The notes under the pieces are model-generated. The model did not search any database. It saw only the letters and a list, made by a program, of their open reading frames with translations, and was not told where the DNA came from. A stretch of DNA of 64,000 nt, from assembly GCF_001194135.2 (NCBI RefSeq), contig NC_068993.1:32845370-32909369 (forward strand), given 5' to 3'. Both the position numbers and the translations under genes were made by a program. Source of the stretch: Octopus bimaculoides. Lineage: Eukaryota. This document shows positions 11,766 to 25,224 of this stretch, piece after piece. Numbering within the stretch: the stretch's first letter is position 1; each line of letters begins with the position of its first letter.

Positions 11766-13699
11766 CTTAAGAGACATGTGATTTGTGGAAATGCGTGTAG
11801 TGATGCATTAAATGTTTATAAATTCCATCCAAGGATTATTGTTATTATTATTATATTTATCCTACATTATATCAGTTCAGCTTGATGCAACCCCGAAAAA
11901 CTGGTTCACCAGTCAACATCATAAGACTGTGGCCAGAATAATGGAATAGGAACTTTATTTGCATATTCAAAACGTTTCCCATAAACAAATTTAAAAGATA
12001 TATATATATATATATATGTNNNNNNNNNNNNNNNNNNNNNNNNNNNNNNNNNNNNNNNNNNNNNNNNNNNNNNNNNNNNNNNNNNNNNNNNNNNNNNNNN
12101 NNNNNNNNNNNNNNNNNNNNNNNNNNNNNNNNNNNNNNNNNNNNNNNNNNNNNNNNNNNNNNNNNNNNNNNNNNNNNNNNNNNNNNNNNNNNNNNNNNNN
12201 NNNNNNNNNNNNNNNNNNNNNNNNNNNNNNNNNNNNNNNNNNNNNNNNNNNNNNNNNNNNNNNNNNNNNNNNNNNNNNNNNNNNNNNNNNNNNNNNNNNN
12301 NNNNNNNNNNNNNNNNNNNNNTATATATATATATATATATGACAAGCTTCTGCCAATTTCTGTCAACCAAATCCACTCACAAGGCTTTGGTTGACCCACA
12401 GCTATAGTAGAAGACACTTACCCAAATTGTCACACTGAAAAAGAAAGTGAAAGGGGTATAGTGAACTTGCCATGGGTAGTGGAATATCCAATGTTTGGGA
12501 TTCAGTCCTTCATCAGGGGGCAGAGAGAAAGAGAAAAAAGTCAGAGTTTACATCCTCTCAGCTTGTAAAACTGGCTGCAACTGATAATGGACACAGAATA
12601 ACATGGGATGCTAATGTTAAACAGAAGTTATAGGAGAGGGTGTGCAGAAAGGAGGAAGAAAACGATGATGGAGTGAGTAGAGGTAAGTAAATACAGGAAT
12701 GTTGCAGAGAGAGGGTGGAAGGGGGATTAAAAAGTGTAAAAAAGAATTAAGAGGAGGTGAAAGGATGAAAGGAAAAACATTCATTCATACTTGTTGGGAA
12801 CATAGTGCCAAAATCAAATATGAGATGTTGCTCTTTTGTTTCCTGGAGAAGGTAGAGCAGTGGTGCAAGGCCATGCCACACTGATAAATCTGCAATAGAA
12901 TGATTCACAGTGTTGAAGTGGGTCGCGACAGGTTGGCCTGGCATACATATATATGTGTGTGTGTGTGTGTGATTAGTATTTAGGGATAAATTGTATGAGC
13001 ACTTGGGTGTATTCTGGATTCGGGTTAACCACATCTAGTAGTAAGGATTTACTTAGGGTGAACAATCCCACTGTAATTCATCTGATTAGTAAATCCTGGG
13101 TTTGCTTCTCTGGATTATGAACATTTTCAGGGGTGTAAATCCCAAACAATTACAATGAATACAGAGATAAGTATATCTATAGATTTTTTTGTTTTACAGT
13201 CAATTATACTGCATATTTGGTTAAAATATAACTGACTCGTATTTCTGCTGCATAGAGAACTAACAATTGCATTTTGCATCCTGCTATTTTCGACTATGTA
13301 ACTTTATTCAAGGTCTGTTCACAGATATGGTCTGAAGCAAGCTGAGAGTACCAGTGTGTGGTTAATGTTATTTTGCTAAATTACAATGGTATTTGAGAGA
13401 GAAAAAGAAAGTGAGGGGGAGATCTAGAAACTTGATATAACTATAAAAACTACTATGTGGTTGACCTCATCCTTACCTTAGATTTAAGTTTCTAATGTAT
13501 CCTTGACCTTTAAGTAGGTCAAAGTGTATTTTTAGTTGGATTATTATTTTGTGGTTTTCCAATATTTTGTTCTAAATGAGATTAAATTAAATCACATTAA
13601 ATTCTATGAAAATATATGTGGTATGAAGAACTTATTAACAAGGACAATTCGAAATTTTCTCTGTATAATAGTTTTATAATATATGCAGTTTCTACATCC

Positions 13700-14160
13700 A
13701 GGAGTGGCTGTGTTGTAAGTAGCTTCCTTACCAACCACATGGTTCCGGGTTCAATCCCTCTGCGTGGCATACCCAATGACTGGTGTAGCAGCACTATAGT
13801 CAACTGCTACAAAGGTAAATATGTTTGGAGTTATCTTCTACTATAGCCTCGGGCTGACCAAAGCTTTGTGAGTGGATTTGGTAGATGGAAACTGAAAGAA
13901 GTCCTTCGTATATATGTGTGTGCTTGTGTCTGTGTTTGTCTCCCCTAACATCGGTTGGTGTGTTTACATTCCCGTAACTTAGCAGTTCGGCAAAAGAGAC
14001 CGATAAAATAAGTACTAGGCTTACAAAGAATAAGTCCTGGGGTTGATTTGCTCGACTAAAGNNNNNNNNNNCAAAGAATAAGTCCTGGGGTTGATTTGCT
14101 CGACTAAAGGTGGTGCTCCATCATGGTCGCAGTCAAATGACTGAAACAAGTAAAAGAGTA
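13700..14160 (+). mobile_element. SINE with internal microsatellite, carrying a foreign ~60-nt patch
   Basis: Same family; 13771-13835 departs from the family sequence. Confidence 0.82.
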
Positions 14161-14352
14161 AAAGAGTGAGAGTATCCGATATGCACAGAAACAATTGTTG
14201 TTTCCATCAATGACAATGGCCATAATAACAACACCAGCACCTTTACCAAAACTGGCACCAACACCACCGCCACCTCCAATGAAGCCAAAACCAACAGTGC
14301 CAGTACCAGCAACATCAACACCAACAGAGATAGCACCACCAACACACGACCA

Positions 14353-14670
14353 CAGAGATACATCAGTTGTTCCAGGAACTCATTCAAACAACACCTCTCC
14401 AACCACAGATCCTCCTTCAGGACACCGGAAAGGAGAAACGTCATGTCATGAGCCAGCCGTGTATGGCAGCTGATAGACAATGGGATTCCATGCACAATAT
14501 CATAGAGTATCCAAGAAGATCCAGGTCCCTACATAAGCGGGATCAAGTGCTGTAAATTATGCATAGAGGAACAGGCGAGGATCCTCAATGACTCTCTTGA
14601 CCCAGGAACATCCTTAGCTCCAGAATGGAGGTTTTTAGACCATTTCAGGAAATTCCTGCTGTCCTATTGG
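14353..14670 (+). pseudogene. Penelope-like element GIY-YIG endonuclease remnant, preceded by a Thr/Asn-rich low-complexity tract (about 14215-14350)
   Basis: Manual translation gives QRYISCSRNSFKQHLSNHRSSF...*ASRVWQLIDNGIPCTIS*SI...PYISGIKCCKLCIEEQARIL...HFRKFLL. This matches the YIG / F..R..NH..SF / C.LC..E pattern of the PLE endonuclease C-terminus. Confidence 0.75.
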
Positions 14671-15194
14671 AACCCACAGGATGGCAGGGTCACCAGCGAT
14701 TGATAACCAAAGGGAGATAATCCACTTTGTTGACATTAAATAGTAAGGTCCTTTCCTCCTCCTTATTCTAGAGAGGCCACTCACTAGAGAGACCTTAAGC
14801 CAACAGGTTTTGGGATCTGATGATACACCATAAAGCTAAACCCTTTATGGATGTGAAACCTAAGGTAATCCCATAAACCGGCCTTATCTAACTTTAATAT
14901 ATACTGCTCTATAACTTAGAGTGTGCTTCTTTTTTCAGATTTATGTTTTTACAAACAATATATATATATATATTTATATATAGTAAAATCAGTCCAAGTG
15001 AAGTTACTGCTACTATACCTTCTCACTCTCTCATGTTCAGCCATAAATACTCATTCACTTGAATGATACACAACAACCATACATTATCCAATACATATAC
15101 ATGTACATATATCTATACAAATATTCATATACATATATATTATACACACACTCACATATATGTATGTGTGTGTATACATAAATATATACACACA

Positions 15195-15400
15195 CATCAT
15201 CATAATTTAACATCCATTTTCCATGCTGGCATGGGTTGGATGGTTTGACAGAAGCTAGAGACTTTCACGGCTGCACTGAGGTCCAGTATCAGCTTTAGCA
15301 TGGTTTCTATGGTTGGATATCCTTGCTAACACCAACCACTTTACAATTTGTGCCGGGTGCTTTTTGCATACACCAGCACTAATAAGATTTCCAAATAACT
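15195..15400 (-). mobile_element. RTE LINE tail fragment
   Basis: CATCATCATAATTTAACATCCATTTTCCATGCTGGCATGGG. Confidence 0.65.
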
Positions 15401-15999
15401 TGCAGTATAGAAAAAAATCAGGGAAAGGTTGCAGGGAACACCACTATGTGGGGGAGTATTTGGAAGAGGTGGGGGGGGGGCTTTACGTCAGAACAAAAGT
15501 TTCAAGGTGAGTGTAAGAGAGGATACAGACAGTGCATTAGAGGGGCAGTATGAGATGGGTAATTTCATAAGAATGTGAAGGGAAAATGACAGATGGTTTG
15601 AGAGGAGGTACAGGTAAATGTAGTGTGATGAACAAGGGAGCAGTATCAGTGTGGAGAATGGATAAGGTGAGATTGAAGTGGCTCTAAAAGGACAATAGTT
15701 CAAAAGGTAGAGGGATGATATGCAAGGTGTTGTTGAGGGGGAGATGTTACTTAGTGATTCCCTCATCACCACTTTAGCAAGTGTAGTGAAGGCTATGCTC
15801 TTGCCAATGAGGTCAGAATAATACCGAAATATGTTTGGAGTTATCTCCTATACTTGCTGAAAGGACTAAAAGTATTGGTCAGTCACTAATATAGGTTGTT
15901 TTTGAAACCAAAGTAATAAAAGATACTGACATACTTAATTTAGTAAGTTAAAAAGTTTTGATTGAGAAAAATGTGCATCTGTGACAATGAGAGGAAAAG

Positions 16000-16081
16000 A
16001 ATACAACTATTGTAGCAGAGAAGCGCAGGAGAAACAACTGGATTTAAATTAAAACGGGGCGAACATAACAGAGAGAGAGGA

Positions 16082-16113
<32 letters not shown>

Positions 16114-18400
16114 CGTAACAACACGTCTTATTTTTTCAAAAGTATATCCCATGTTTGGTTCCACTCCAAAGAAATGGATACTTCAGTAGAGGGAAATCAA
16201 ACAATATAGTACATGTATAAATGAACAAAGGCATAGTATAGCACCCTTCGTCATAATTTTGTGTGTTGGATGGTAGGATTAATTACTATCTTCGTTTCAG
16301 TTCATGATAAAGAAAGTAAACGATAGAAGATATGTAACCGGACCCACCAATTGGGTCAAATAAAGAGAGAAAGGAGAGAGTTGCAATGTGTGAATGAAGA
16401 AGAGGAAGAGACAGAAATTATGAAACGTATGAATGAGAGAAAAAAGGAGAGAGAGAGAGAAAATGGAAACGTATGAATTAGAGTGTGTGTGTGTGTCAGT
16501 AAACGTGTGAGAGAGAGATAGAGTGCGTGTGTACATGAAAGTGTTGTGATTTTGTGGAGAGGAAAATATTTTGGTACAAAGAACTGTTGTTGCATCATCT
16601 GCTGTAAGTTATCTGTTGAAATATTGTCGTTGTTATTATTATAATAATTATTATTATTAGTTTTGGTAATCTTGTGATGTTGGAAATGATATTGCTTGAT
16701 GATAATTTGGTTGTATCAATATGTGATCAAACATGACAGGTTATAATATATCTGTGTTCGTGTAAATGAAAGACAGAAACAAGCCGACCTTTATGGACGA
16801 ACCGCATGTACATGTGTATGTGTGTGTGCAAACTAATATAAATAAACAGTAATCTTCAGACAACCTATAGAAACAAAGGTGAGAAGTTGAAGAAAACAGT
16901 ATGTATGTCTTACGTAATTAAGGATCCTAGCTTAATGTGTTTGTGTATTACACGGGACGGAGCTGTATGTAAGGTCGAGTCTGGGTAGATGAGAAAAGAG
17001 AATGTGTTTAAGGCGAAAGTAAAGTATTAAACAGAGAAGAAAAGTAAATAGAGATACACGCACCGGCAACATTCAGTAAGTGATAATGACTTTAATTAGT
17101 AATCTGTTGATAACAATTGTTGCGTGAGATAGAAGAAACTAAAGTTCTGCTCACAAACACTTCTACCGGTTTATTTGGAAAAATTGTATTTAAACAGTGT
17201 TAATTGTGTATAGATGATTGTTGATAGAAAAAGCTTTCATTAATAACTTATTTTGTTTTATTTTTCGTTGTTTATTTTTTGTCATATCGTGGTTTATTAT
17301 TTAAGCTTACGTCGATACCTCTGTGGTGTTGTTTTACATTTATGATTAAATAAATATATTCAAATTGTAAAAATATGAAAAAAATATACAGTACAGTACT
17401 GTTTCTACTTCGCGGGGGTGGAGTTGGAACGTAACATCCGGATTAAGGGATTAATCGCTTTAAATTACTTAACCTGAATCACTCAATAACTTTAACTGTT
17501 ATTTAGGATATTTAGATGAGCGTGTCACTTTTCCTGTGACTTTTAGTTTTCCTGTGATTGTTTCCGTTCATAGATGTTTCCGAAGGAATAATCAGCTGAT
17601 TTTCGGTATTTGTTTAGTCTTAGCTCAGTTCTGTTTAAATCTACTAACCAAGGCATGCCAGCCTTGATTATCCTGTCATTTTATATATCCAGGATAACAT
17701 TGTGCAATGTGACCTACCCGTTTTAAGTCGGTAGGATAGAAATTGAAAGGAATTCTCTAGCGGTCATATAGGCAGTTAGTTTTCTTTTAATAATAATTGT
17801 CGAGTGCGATAGATCACGATTTTTGTATTAGTATAACGTACGTTAGCTTATAGAGACAACTAAACCTAGCAGTGCTATTTTACGAAAGTCATCAATTTTA
17901 AAGTGTTGTCACTGTTTACATCTTCCTTATGGTACATGTCTGCAGTTAAATAGGAGTATTAAGTCCCAGATATAACTCAGTACTGTTGACAGGACACGAA
18001 CACCGTCTTCCCGGCTCACTGTTCTGATCTGCAATACCATGCGGTAGGGTCTAACATATGTAATATATAGAGGGATGTAATAAACTAGGATGGGGTACAT
18101 ATCCAAGCCCGATACTCCATCGACTCTTTAGTCCGTGCTCTCATCGCAGTACCTCTGTAGAATCTATTCCTGTATAAGAAAACGATTTGATTTCGATATA
18201 TTACAGAATAATTGTTTAGTCGCTACCCTCCACTGTTGCGAAAAAAGCTGAAGGAACACCATTTCTCTCATCTTAGGTGCTCTTCTGTCTGCTGAGTTAG
18301 TTCATCTTGTATATTGTGGTGTCAGGTTCTCTTCTAATACTTCTTACAATTGTATAGTGCGTGGAGGTCATAACAAATCAACGCGTGCCAACTTAAAATC
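16000..18400. promoter_or_regulatory. CpG-enriched, TE-poor block; candidate (possibly bidirectional) promoter region
   Basis: Visibly more CG dinucleotides than the flanks and no recognisable SINE. Contains a GGGGGTGG box, a CCGGA motif at about 17414-17441, TTCCTG/TTCCG motifs at 17530-17583, and strong donor-like sites (AAG|GTGAGA at 16879). Confidence 0.35.
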
Positions 18401-20662
18401 AGAATTTTATGCTAAATTTCAGTAGAAGAATACAAAAAAAAAAAATGCTTTAAACATGCTAGATATGACAAAAAATGCTAAAGACTAATTTTATAAAAAA
18501 GCTTAATTTTTATTTACATTTCTATTTACTTTCTTAAATTATATTCAGCATTGAGAAATAATTTCTTGAATTTCTCTAATTTGATCACTTTCAGCTGCAG
18601 TACCTAGGTCTTGACTTCAAGGTCCCAATCTTGTTAATTATGTGTTTTGGAATATCGAAATTTTCGCAACATTTGCCATATCTTTTCAGAGAAAGACTCC
18701 CACCNNNNNNNNNNNNNNNNNNNNNNNNNNNNNNNNNNNNNNNNNNNNNNNNNNNNNNNNNNNNNNNNNNNNNNNNNNNNNNNNNNNNNNNNNNNNNNNN
18801 NNNNNNNNNNNNNNNNNNNNNNNNNNNNNNNNNNNNNNNNNNNNNNNNNNNNNNNNNNNNNNNNNNNNNNNNNNNNNNNNNNNNNNNNNNNNNNNNNNNN
18901 NNNNNNNNNNNNNNNNNNNNNNNNNNNNNNNNNNNNNNNNNNNNNNNNNNNNNNNNNNNNNNNNNNNNNNNNNNNNNNNNNNNNNNNNNNNNNNNNNNNN
19001 NNNNNNNNNNNNNNNNNNNNNNNNNNNNNNNNNNNNNNNNNNNNNNNNNNNNNNNNNNNNNNNNNNNNNNNNNNNNNNNNNNNNNNNNNNNNNNNNNNNN
19101 NNNNNNNNNNNNNNNNNNNNNNNNAAATAAATAAAAAGGGTGTTTTTGGTGGGGTACAAAAGGAAGTCTTCCAATCAGGCCATATTTTATAGACAGTATT
19201 ATCTAAGCGTAGGAAGATGCATTTTGTTTTTCAATTTTGATTTGATTACACCCATACTACTGAACAACCGTTCAGCTTCTGCATTTGAGTTTGGCAATGT
19301 CAATAGATTAATGGCAAAATTTGCAACATCTCTAAAAGGATTTCCTCCAGTAGCATCTTTATATTCCAAGACTTCCAGCCAGAATGCCTCAGTATTAGAT
19401 GTATTTGTCCATTTAACTAAATGAATGCTATTAAACTGAATTTCAATTGAAGCAATTTTTTCTTCATTTAAATGCATTGCTTCTAAGACAAGTAAAATTT
19501 TGCTCTTTGAAATGCTGCAAAATATTCTCTAAAGAAAAATATTTGATATTCCTCAGTATATTAATATTTCCTGGCAAACGGTGCTCAAGCTCTTTATAAA
19601 GGCAAATTAAAAATTGTGCTCTTTTGCGAATATTATTTTCTTCGGTAGCTGTTACAGTCTTCTTGATAATCATTTCTGCTATCTTACTCTCGAACCTGTA
19701 GCCTAAATTTGGTTGAGGATCCAGAATTTTTTCAATAGAAGCATCCAGATCAAGAGGATCAATTCTACATGTTGGCAACACTGTCATATTAGCAACAGAT
19801 TTGATCAAGTTTGAAAGATCTTCAAGTAATTTTGTTTTGTTGACAGTGTTTGATTCAAACAGTTCATTCACTTCCTGAACATATTTTAAAATTGGATGGA
19901 AAAATAAAAGGTAAAGTTCATTCCTAGAATCACAAAACATTTCATGTAACGTTTGTGCTGTAAAGCATTTTTCTTTTGTAGTTGTAGTTTGGAAGTGAGT
20001 TTGCAATTCAAACCATTGGCTTAAAATTCTATTTACCTCTGGTTCTATTGACAGTCACCTAATTGTACAAGAATTCATGATCTTCAAAGGCTCTTTACCA
20101 TTGATAGCAAGGTAAAGTTGTTTGTAGGCACTTTGTCTCGTTGAAGAATGAGAAGACCATTTATAGGTTTCAGATACTAAAAATTCTAAATTTATGGGCA
20201 AGTATTCAGTACAAGTGTGGGATACTGCCAAATGTAAAGAATGACATACACATCTAAATATAAGTAACGATGGAACTTCTTTTAATGTCTGGAAAACACC
20301 ATTGTTGACACCTATCATTACTCTAGCATTGTCGGTTCTTATAGCCAGTAAATTTTTTATATCTAATTTCTTTTTCACTAATTCAATTTTTAAAGCATCT
20401 ACAATGTCATCTGCATCACATGTTTCTAAAGTTACCATACTGAGATATGTATGTACCACTTTTTTGTGAGTGTCACTATGATATATCATTGGATTCATCT
20501 AATAACAGGCTAAATTTTCTATCTCCTGTATCAGAAATCAAATCTCCATCAAAATATGGAGCTAGAACATTTCTCACAATATTTGCACATTTTGTATGAT
20601 GCAACTTCATTTTGGATATAATATCACTATCAGACATAGACGGAAACTGAAAGAAGCCTGTC

Positions 20663-20721
<59 letters not shown>

Positions 20722-21465
20722 ATGTGTGTGTGTGTTTGTGTGTCTGTGTTTGTCCCCCCAACATCGCTTGACAACCGATGTTGGTATGTTTACGTCCCCA
20801 TAACTTAGCGGTTCGGCAAAAGAGACCGATAGAATAAGTACTGGGCTTACAAAGAATAAGTCCTGGGGTTGATTTGCTTGGCTAAAGGCGGTGCTCCAAC
20901 ATGGCCGCAGTTAAATGACTGAAACAAGTAAAAGAGTAAACTCTTTTAAGTGATCACAGCTAATCCATAACAAGCATGAAAAAACACAGGCCTATTTTAA
21001 AACAGTCAAACTGAAAATGAATCAGTCAACCTGTCATGATAAAAACTCATCACTACAGAATAAAGCATTGTTAGGATGAATTTCCATGCTTTCATTGTGT
21101 AGTGAGTTCAGATGCTGACATGAGTTATCTTCTCCCCTCCCCTCATCAGCACCACTCTGTATCCAAAGGAGGTGGGGCTGGGAAAGTTCATAACTGGATA
21201 AACTTTCATTTGAAGTTTCAAGAAAGTGAAAGAAAAATTCAATAGCCGATAGTACTAAAATTTGGCTACAAGATACATTAACGAAAATAGGAAAGGAGAA
21301 AAAAAGGGTAACTTTTGTGGAAATGTCATGATCAGAGAAAAATACTAAATAAAATTTTAAACCTGCTATTTTCCCTGCTAAATGCTAGATTCAAAAATTT
21401 TCTGCTAAACGCTGAAAAAAAAAAATGCTAGATCTAAAACAAAATATGCTAAATTAGCAACCCTG
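18379..21465 (-). mobile_element. Decayed hAT-superfamily transposon with fragmented transposase (about 19199-20630)
   Basis: Frameshifted ORFs carry LLLDES, IRTDNARVM, CVCHSLHL and the C-terminal LPNSNAEAERLFS motif. A hAT-like terminus CAGGGTTGCTAA (reverse complement) lies at 21454-21465, with TGCTA subterminal repeats at both ends. The left boundary is uncertain. Confidence 0.8.
20635..20940 (+). mobile_element. Headless SINE copy interrupting the hAT transposase
   Basis: Begins abruptly at TAGACGGAAACTGAAAG. Confidence 0.85.
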
Positions 21466-22779
21466 AGTCGAGGATACTTTTATGTTGTTGTTTAGCCTAC
21501 TAGAAATGGCAGCCAAAGCTCCCTGAAATCACTGCCTGTTACATTAAAGAAGGGACAATTCATTAAACAACGTAGTCTTAGGCTGGAAAAAAAATTTGGA
21601 CATACTGGAAAGCTTTTGACCGTAGATCTATTCAATTGGTGACTCTAAGACTAAACTACTTAACAAACCCACAACTAGCGTAACTGTATTTGTCCAGCTA
21701 AAATATAAGGAACTCGCGAAGGCAAATGACTGAGAATACAAGAAAAATTTATGCATCTAGCCGACAGTTTACTATAAATACAAAGTCGGGTTCCTCAAAT
21801 TGCCCTCTATAGTCTTGCCAGCGGAGGTAAAGGATACGCACACCGCCCGTTTTCTGTGTAACAATGACCCTAACCCTAAACACCGGATGTGCGTGTTCTT
21901 AACTTTCGCCGTCTTGCCAAGGGGAGAAAACATGTAGTCCTATGTAATACTCGAGAAATATAAAGGATAGTCATAATTGGCATTTCATTAATTACTAAGT
22001 CCTACTCACTGTTTATCTGGGGCTAAACAGCAACCAAACTCATGCATTATTAATTTTAATGATATGATTAAAGAAATGACAATTCTGATATTTGTATACC
22101 AACCCTAAAAGAACACATTTCCAATAATACTTTTTCAGTTATAATTCCCAATAACAGATTATACCCTCTCTCCATGTCCTCAAATTTTTAGCAAAATTTT
22201 TTTTTAAAGTTTACACAACATATTGACTTCTTCAAGTTAAGTGGGGCTGCAAGTTGGGTAGTCGGCTCACCCAACCTGTCTCTTCTTCCTAATTTTTTTA
22301 CATTGACACCAGTTTTGGAAGGAACAATCGATTAAATCGAACCTTCATTGTGGACCCCATGTACATATACATCTTAGTTGATTTAGCAAATATATTGATT
22401 TCATGAAAGCACCATTTGATAAAACCTCACCCACCCCACCTTGGATTTCTTTTTTCTTTAATCTTTCTATGCACCTGTCCATCTGTATATTTAATATTGA
22501 TTTCAGGGTTCATGAAATGTTTCATCTGGGCCCATCTTACTCTATGTCCAACTCATTAAGAGAGGCAAAGCAAGTGCGCATGAAGGGAGCAAGTTGCTCC
22601 CCGAGTACAAGTGTGAAGGGGCTCAAAATTTCATTTTGCTTTACCATGGCTGCTAATTAAGGTGGGAGCTCTAAGGTTGTTTTTGCCCCTGCGGTGCAGA
22701 GAATCCTTGCTATGTCACTGTTCGAAACAAATGTCATAAGCTTTATATAAAACATGATAGCCTTTTTACTAATAATATT

Positions 22780-22950
22780 GATTTCAAATTTTGGTACAAA
22801 GTCAGCAACTTCAAGGGAAGGGTTAAGTCGATTACATCGCTCACAGTGATCAACTGGTACTTATTTTATCGACCCCGAAAGGATGAAAGGCAAAGTCAAC
22901 TTTGGCGGGATTTGAACTGAGGACGTAAAGATGGCCAAAATACCGTTAAA
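22780..22950 (-). mobile_element. Deu/Nin-like-domain SINE
   Basis: GGTACTTATTTTATCGACCCCGAAAGGATGAAAGGCAAAG. Confidence 0.78.
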
Positions 22951-22966
22951 CATTTTGTATATATGA

Positions 22967-23235
22967 TACTAACAGAGATACCCGGCGTTGCTCATGTTAC
23001 ATGCAATTGAAGAATTAGGCTTTTCTGTTATATTTTCTCTAATGAACTGGAATACCTATGATTTGAATTTCATCAAAATTGCAGATGAGGGTTCTTTCCC
23101 TCTTTACACACCCTAAAAAAATTCTAATCATGACACATTTATCCCATACTATTGATCTTTATGTGCAGAATCCAAAATTCCAGTCTAATGGAACCTGGGA
23201 ATGATGTAATATTCCTATAAAATGTAGTAGGTGTT
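22967..23235 (-). mobile_element. Probable old non-autonomous Helitron
   Basis: ACTAACAGAGATACCCGGCGTTGC resembles the reverse-complemented 3' end of the other Helitrons here. Both termini are mutated. Confidence 0.4.
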
Positions 23236-24239
23236 AATGGACTTCTGGGATTTGCTTTGGTTTAGATGTACAAGGAAAAAAATCCATTTCCTTGCTGCTA
23301 AATAGCTGTAGATATTGGCTAAAGGTGGGTAGGAGAGAATTAGATAGTGGTGGGATATAAGAATAAATGATATTTCATTGCTGGTATCATTATTTTGACA
23401 ATGTGGTCAGCCCTGATCAATGCTGAGTCCCCTATTACACGTCATTGATTTTCAGACTGAATTAACACCGGTGATATACGTAAATCAAAGGTAACTACAG
23501 AAGTTCGTTCATTGCAGTTTGCTCCTGAGTGGCACCATGTCCATGATGAATTAATATCTCATAAAATACCGAGCAAATATTAATCAGCAAAATGATTCAT
23601 TTTTCTGTTAGTTTCAGTGTTAGGGACCCGTTATTTGTGTCCATGCTGTCATTCAAACAGAAAACTTGTTACATACAGGAATACACACTTTTGAGGGTGG
23701 GGTGAGATTGTCCTCTCTTTTTTTTTTACCTTTTTAATGCCCCAGAGAATTACAAAGTTAAAAATTATATTTAACCTATCCGGAGGATTTCAGCTTAGAA
23801 TAATGAAAGTAAAGAGCTTGGCTTGTTAATTGGGAGGTAATCTAAACTAGATGAACATGTAGGTACCAATGAATATAAAAAAAGAGAGATGGTGTAATAA
23901 AAATAAAAAAAATCAAATAAAGTAGATATCACATTGGTAGGGTAAAATCCAAGCTGTGTCCTCTTTGAAGCCCAGCTGCTTATTCCAGAATGACAATCCA
24001 CTATGTATTTGTTTTTGTTGTATTGATGTGAGATACATTTTGAATTGAAAATGCTGGGAATATTGTTTGTAACAAAACAGGAAATTGGAAATTTTTTACA
24101 TATTTTTTATTCACCATTACATGTTTCACTTGCTAATAGGAATCACGAAGTTGTACATGCTGAATAAAAATGTAAGAAATTTCCTATTAGAAAGGACAAA
24201 GGACTGAGACACCTGGCACCTGGCTGTACTCAAGAAGAC

Positions 24240-24730
24240 CCATGTTATGTAAAGCACCCATGGTGGTGCCATGTAAAAGTGTCCATGTGGTGTCACGTAA
24301 AAGCACCTGTGCAGCATCATGTAAAAGCATCCAGCACACTTTGTAAAGTGGTTGGTGTTAGGAAGAGCATCCAGCGATAGAAACCGTGCAGTCCTCCAGC
24401 TTGCCATCTCTGGACAGACTGTCCAACCCATGCTAGCATGGATGACAGACATTAGATAGGGATGATGATGATGAGGAGGAGGAGGAGGAAATCCTTCAGA
24501 CAGAGAACAGGTAGATAGATAGATCATCATCATCATTTAATGTCCATTTTCCATGCTGGCATGGGATGGACGGGTTGAAACAAGCTGGATAGCTGCACCA
24601 GGCTCCAGTTGTCAGTTCTGACATGATTATGACAGCTGGATGCTCTTCTTAATACCAACTACTTTACAGAGCGTACTGGGTGTTTTTTTTATGTAGTACC
24701 AGCATGGGAGCTTTTTTTATGGTGTCAGCA
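24240..24730. mobile_element. Two RTE 3' ends in tail-to-tail (inverted) arrangement
   Basis: + strand copy at about 24240-24475 ends in GATGATGATGA; - strand copy at about 24525-24730 starts CATCATCATTTAATGTCC. Confidence 0.78.
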
Positions 24731-24810
24731 CAGGAGATAAAATATTTTATTTACATAAATTATTTTGTTCTGATTGTTTAGCTTTATGCAGACTTGTCTG
24801 AAAATTTTAG

Positions 24811-24841
<31 letters not shown>

Positions 24842-25224
24842 CTCTCTCTCTTTCTGTCTCTCTTTTTCTTTTTCTCTCTCTCATTTTCTTTCTCTCTCAC
24901 TATTTCTCATCCCTGTGTGTTATCTTTCTATTTAATATACCATCTATTTTTTAAAACTTATTTCTCTCTCATATATACATGCATTCTTCACATGCTCACT
25001 TGTGTTTTAAAATGTACTGTTAAGAGTTTTTACTTTGACTTTTGTTAAAAAAACACAGCTGATAACCCCAGTTAATCATTTGATCTTGATAAAATAATTA
25101 GGCATCATTTACACACACACACACATACACACACACACAAGCAAAATATTTATATATGTATATTCATGCTTATAAATATTTCTTTGAGCTGGCAGAAACG
25201 TTATTTCGTCTGTCTTTATGTTTG

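Noticed and set aside
14022-14110. Direct repeat around a 10-N gap (also 58745-58830)
   Set aside because: This is the typical contig-overlap artefact at scaffold joins.
14195-14473. Pro/Thr-rich 92-aa ORF resembling a mucin or extensin
   Set aside because: It is an alternative frame of the Penelope low-complexity region.
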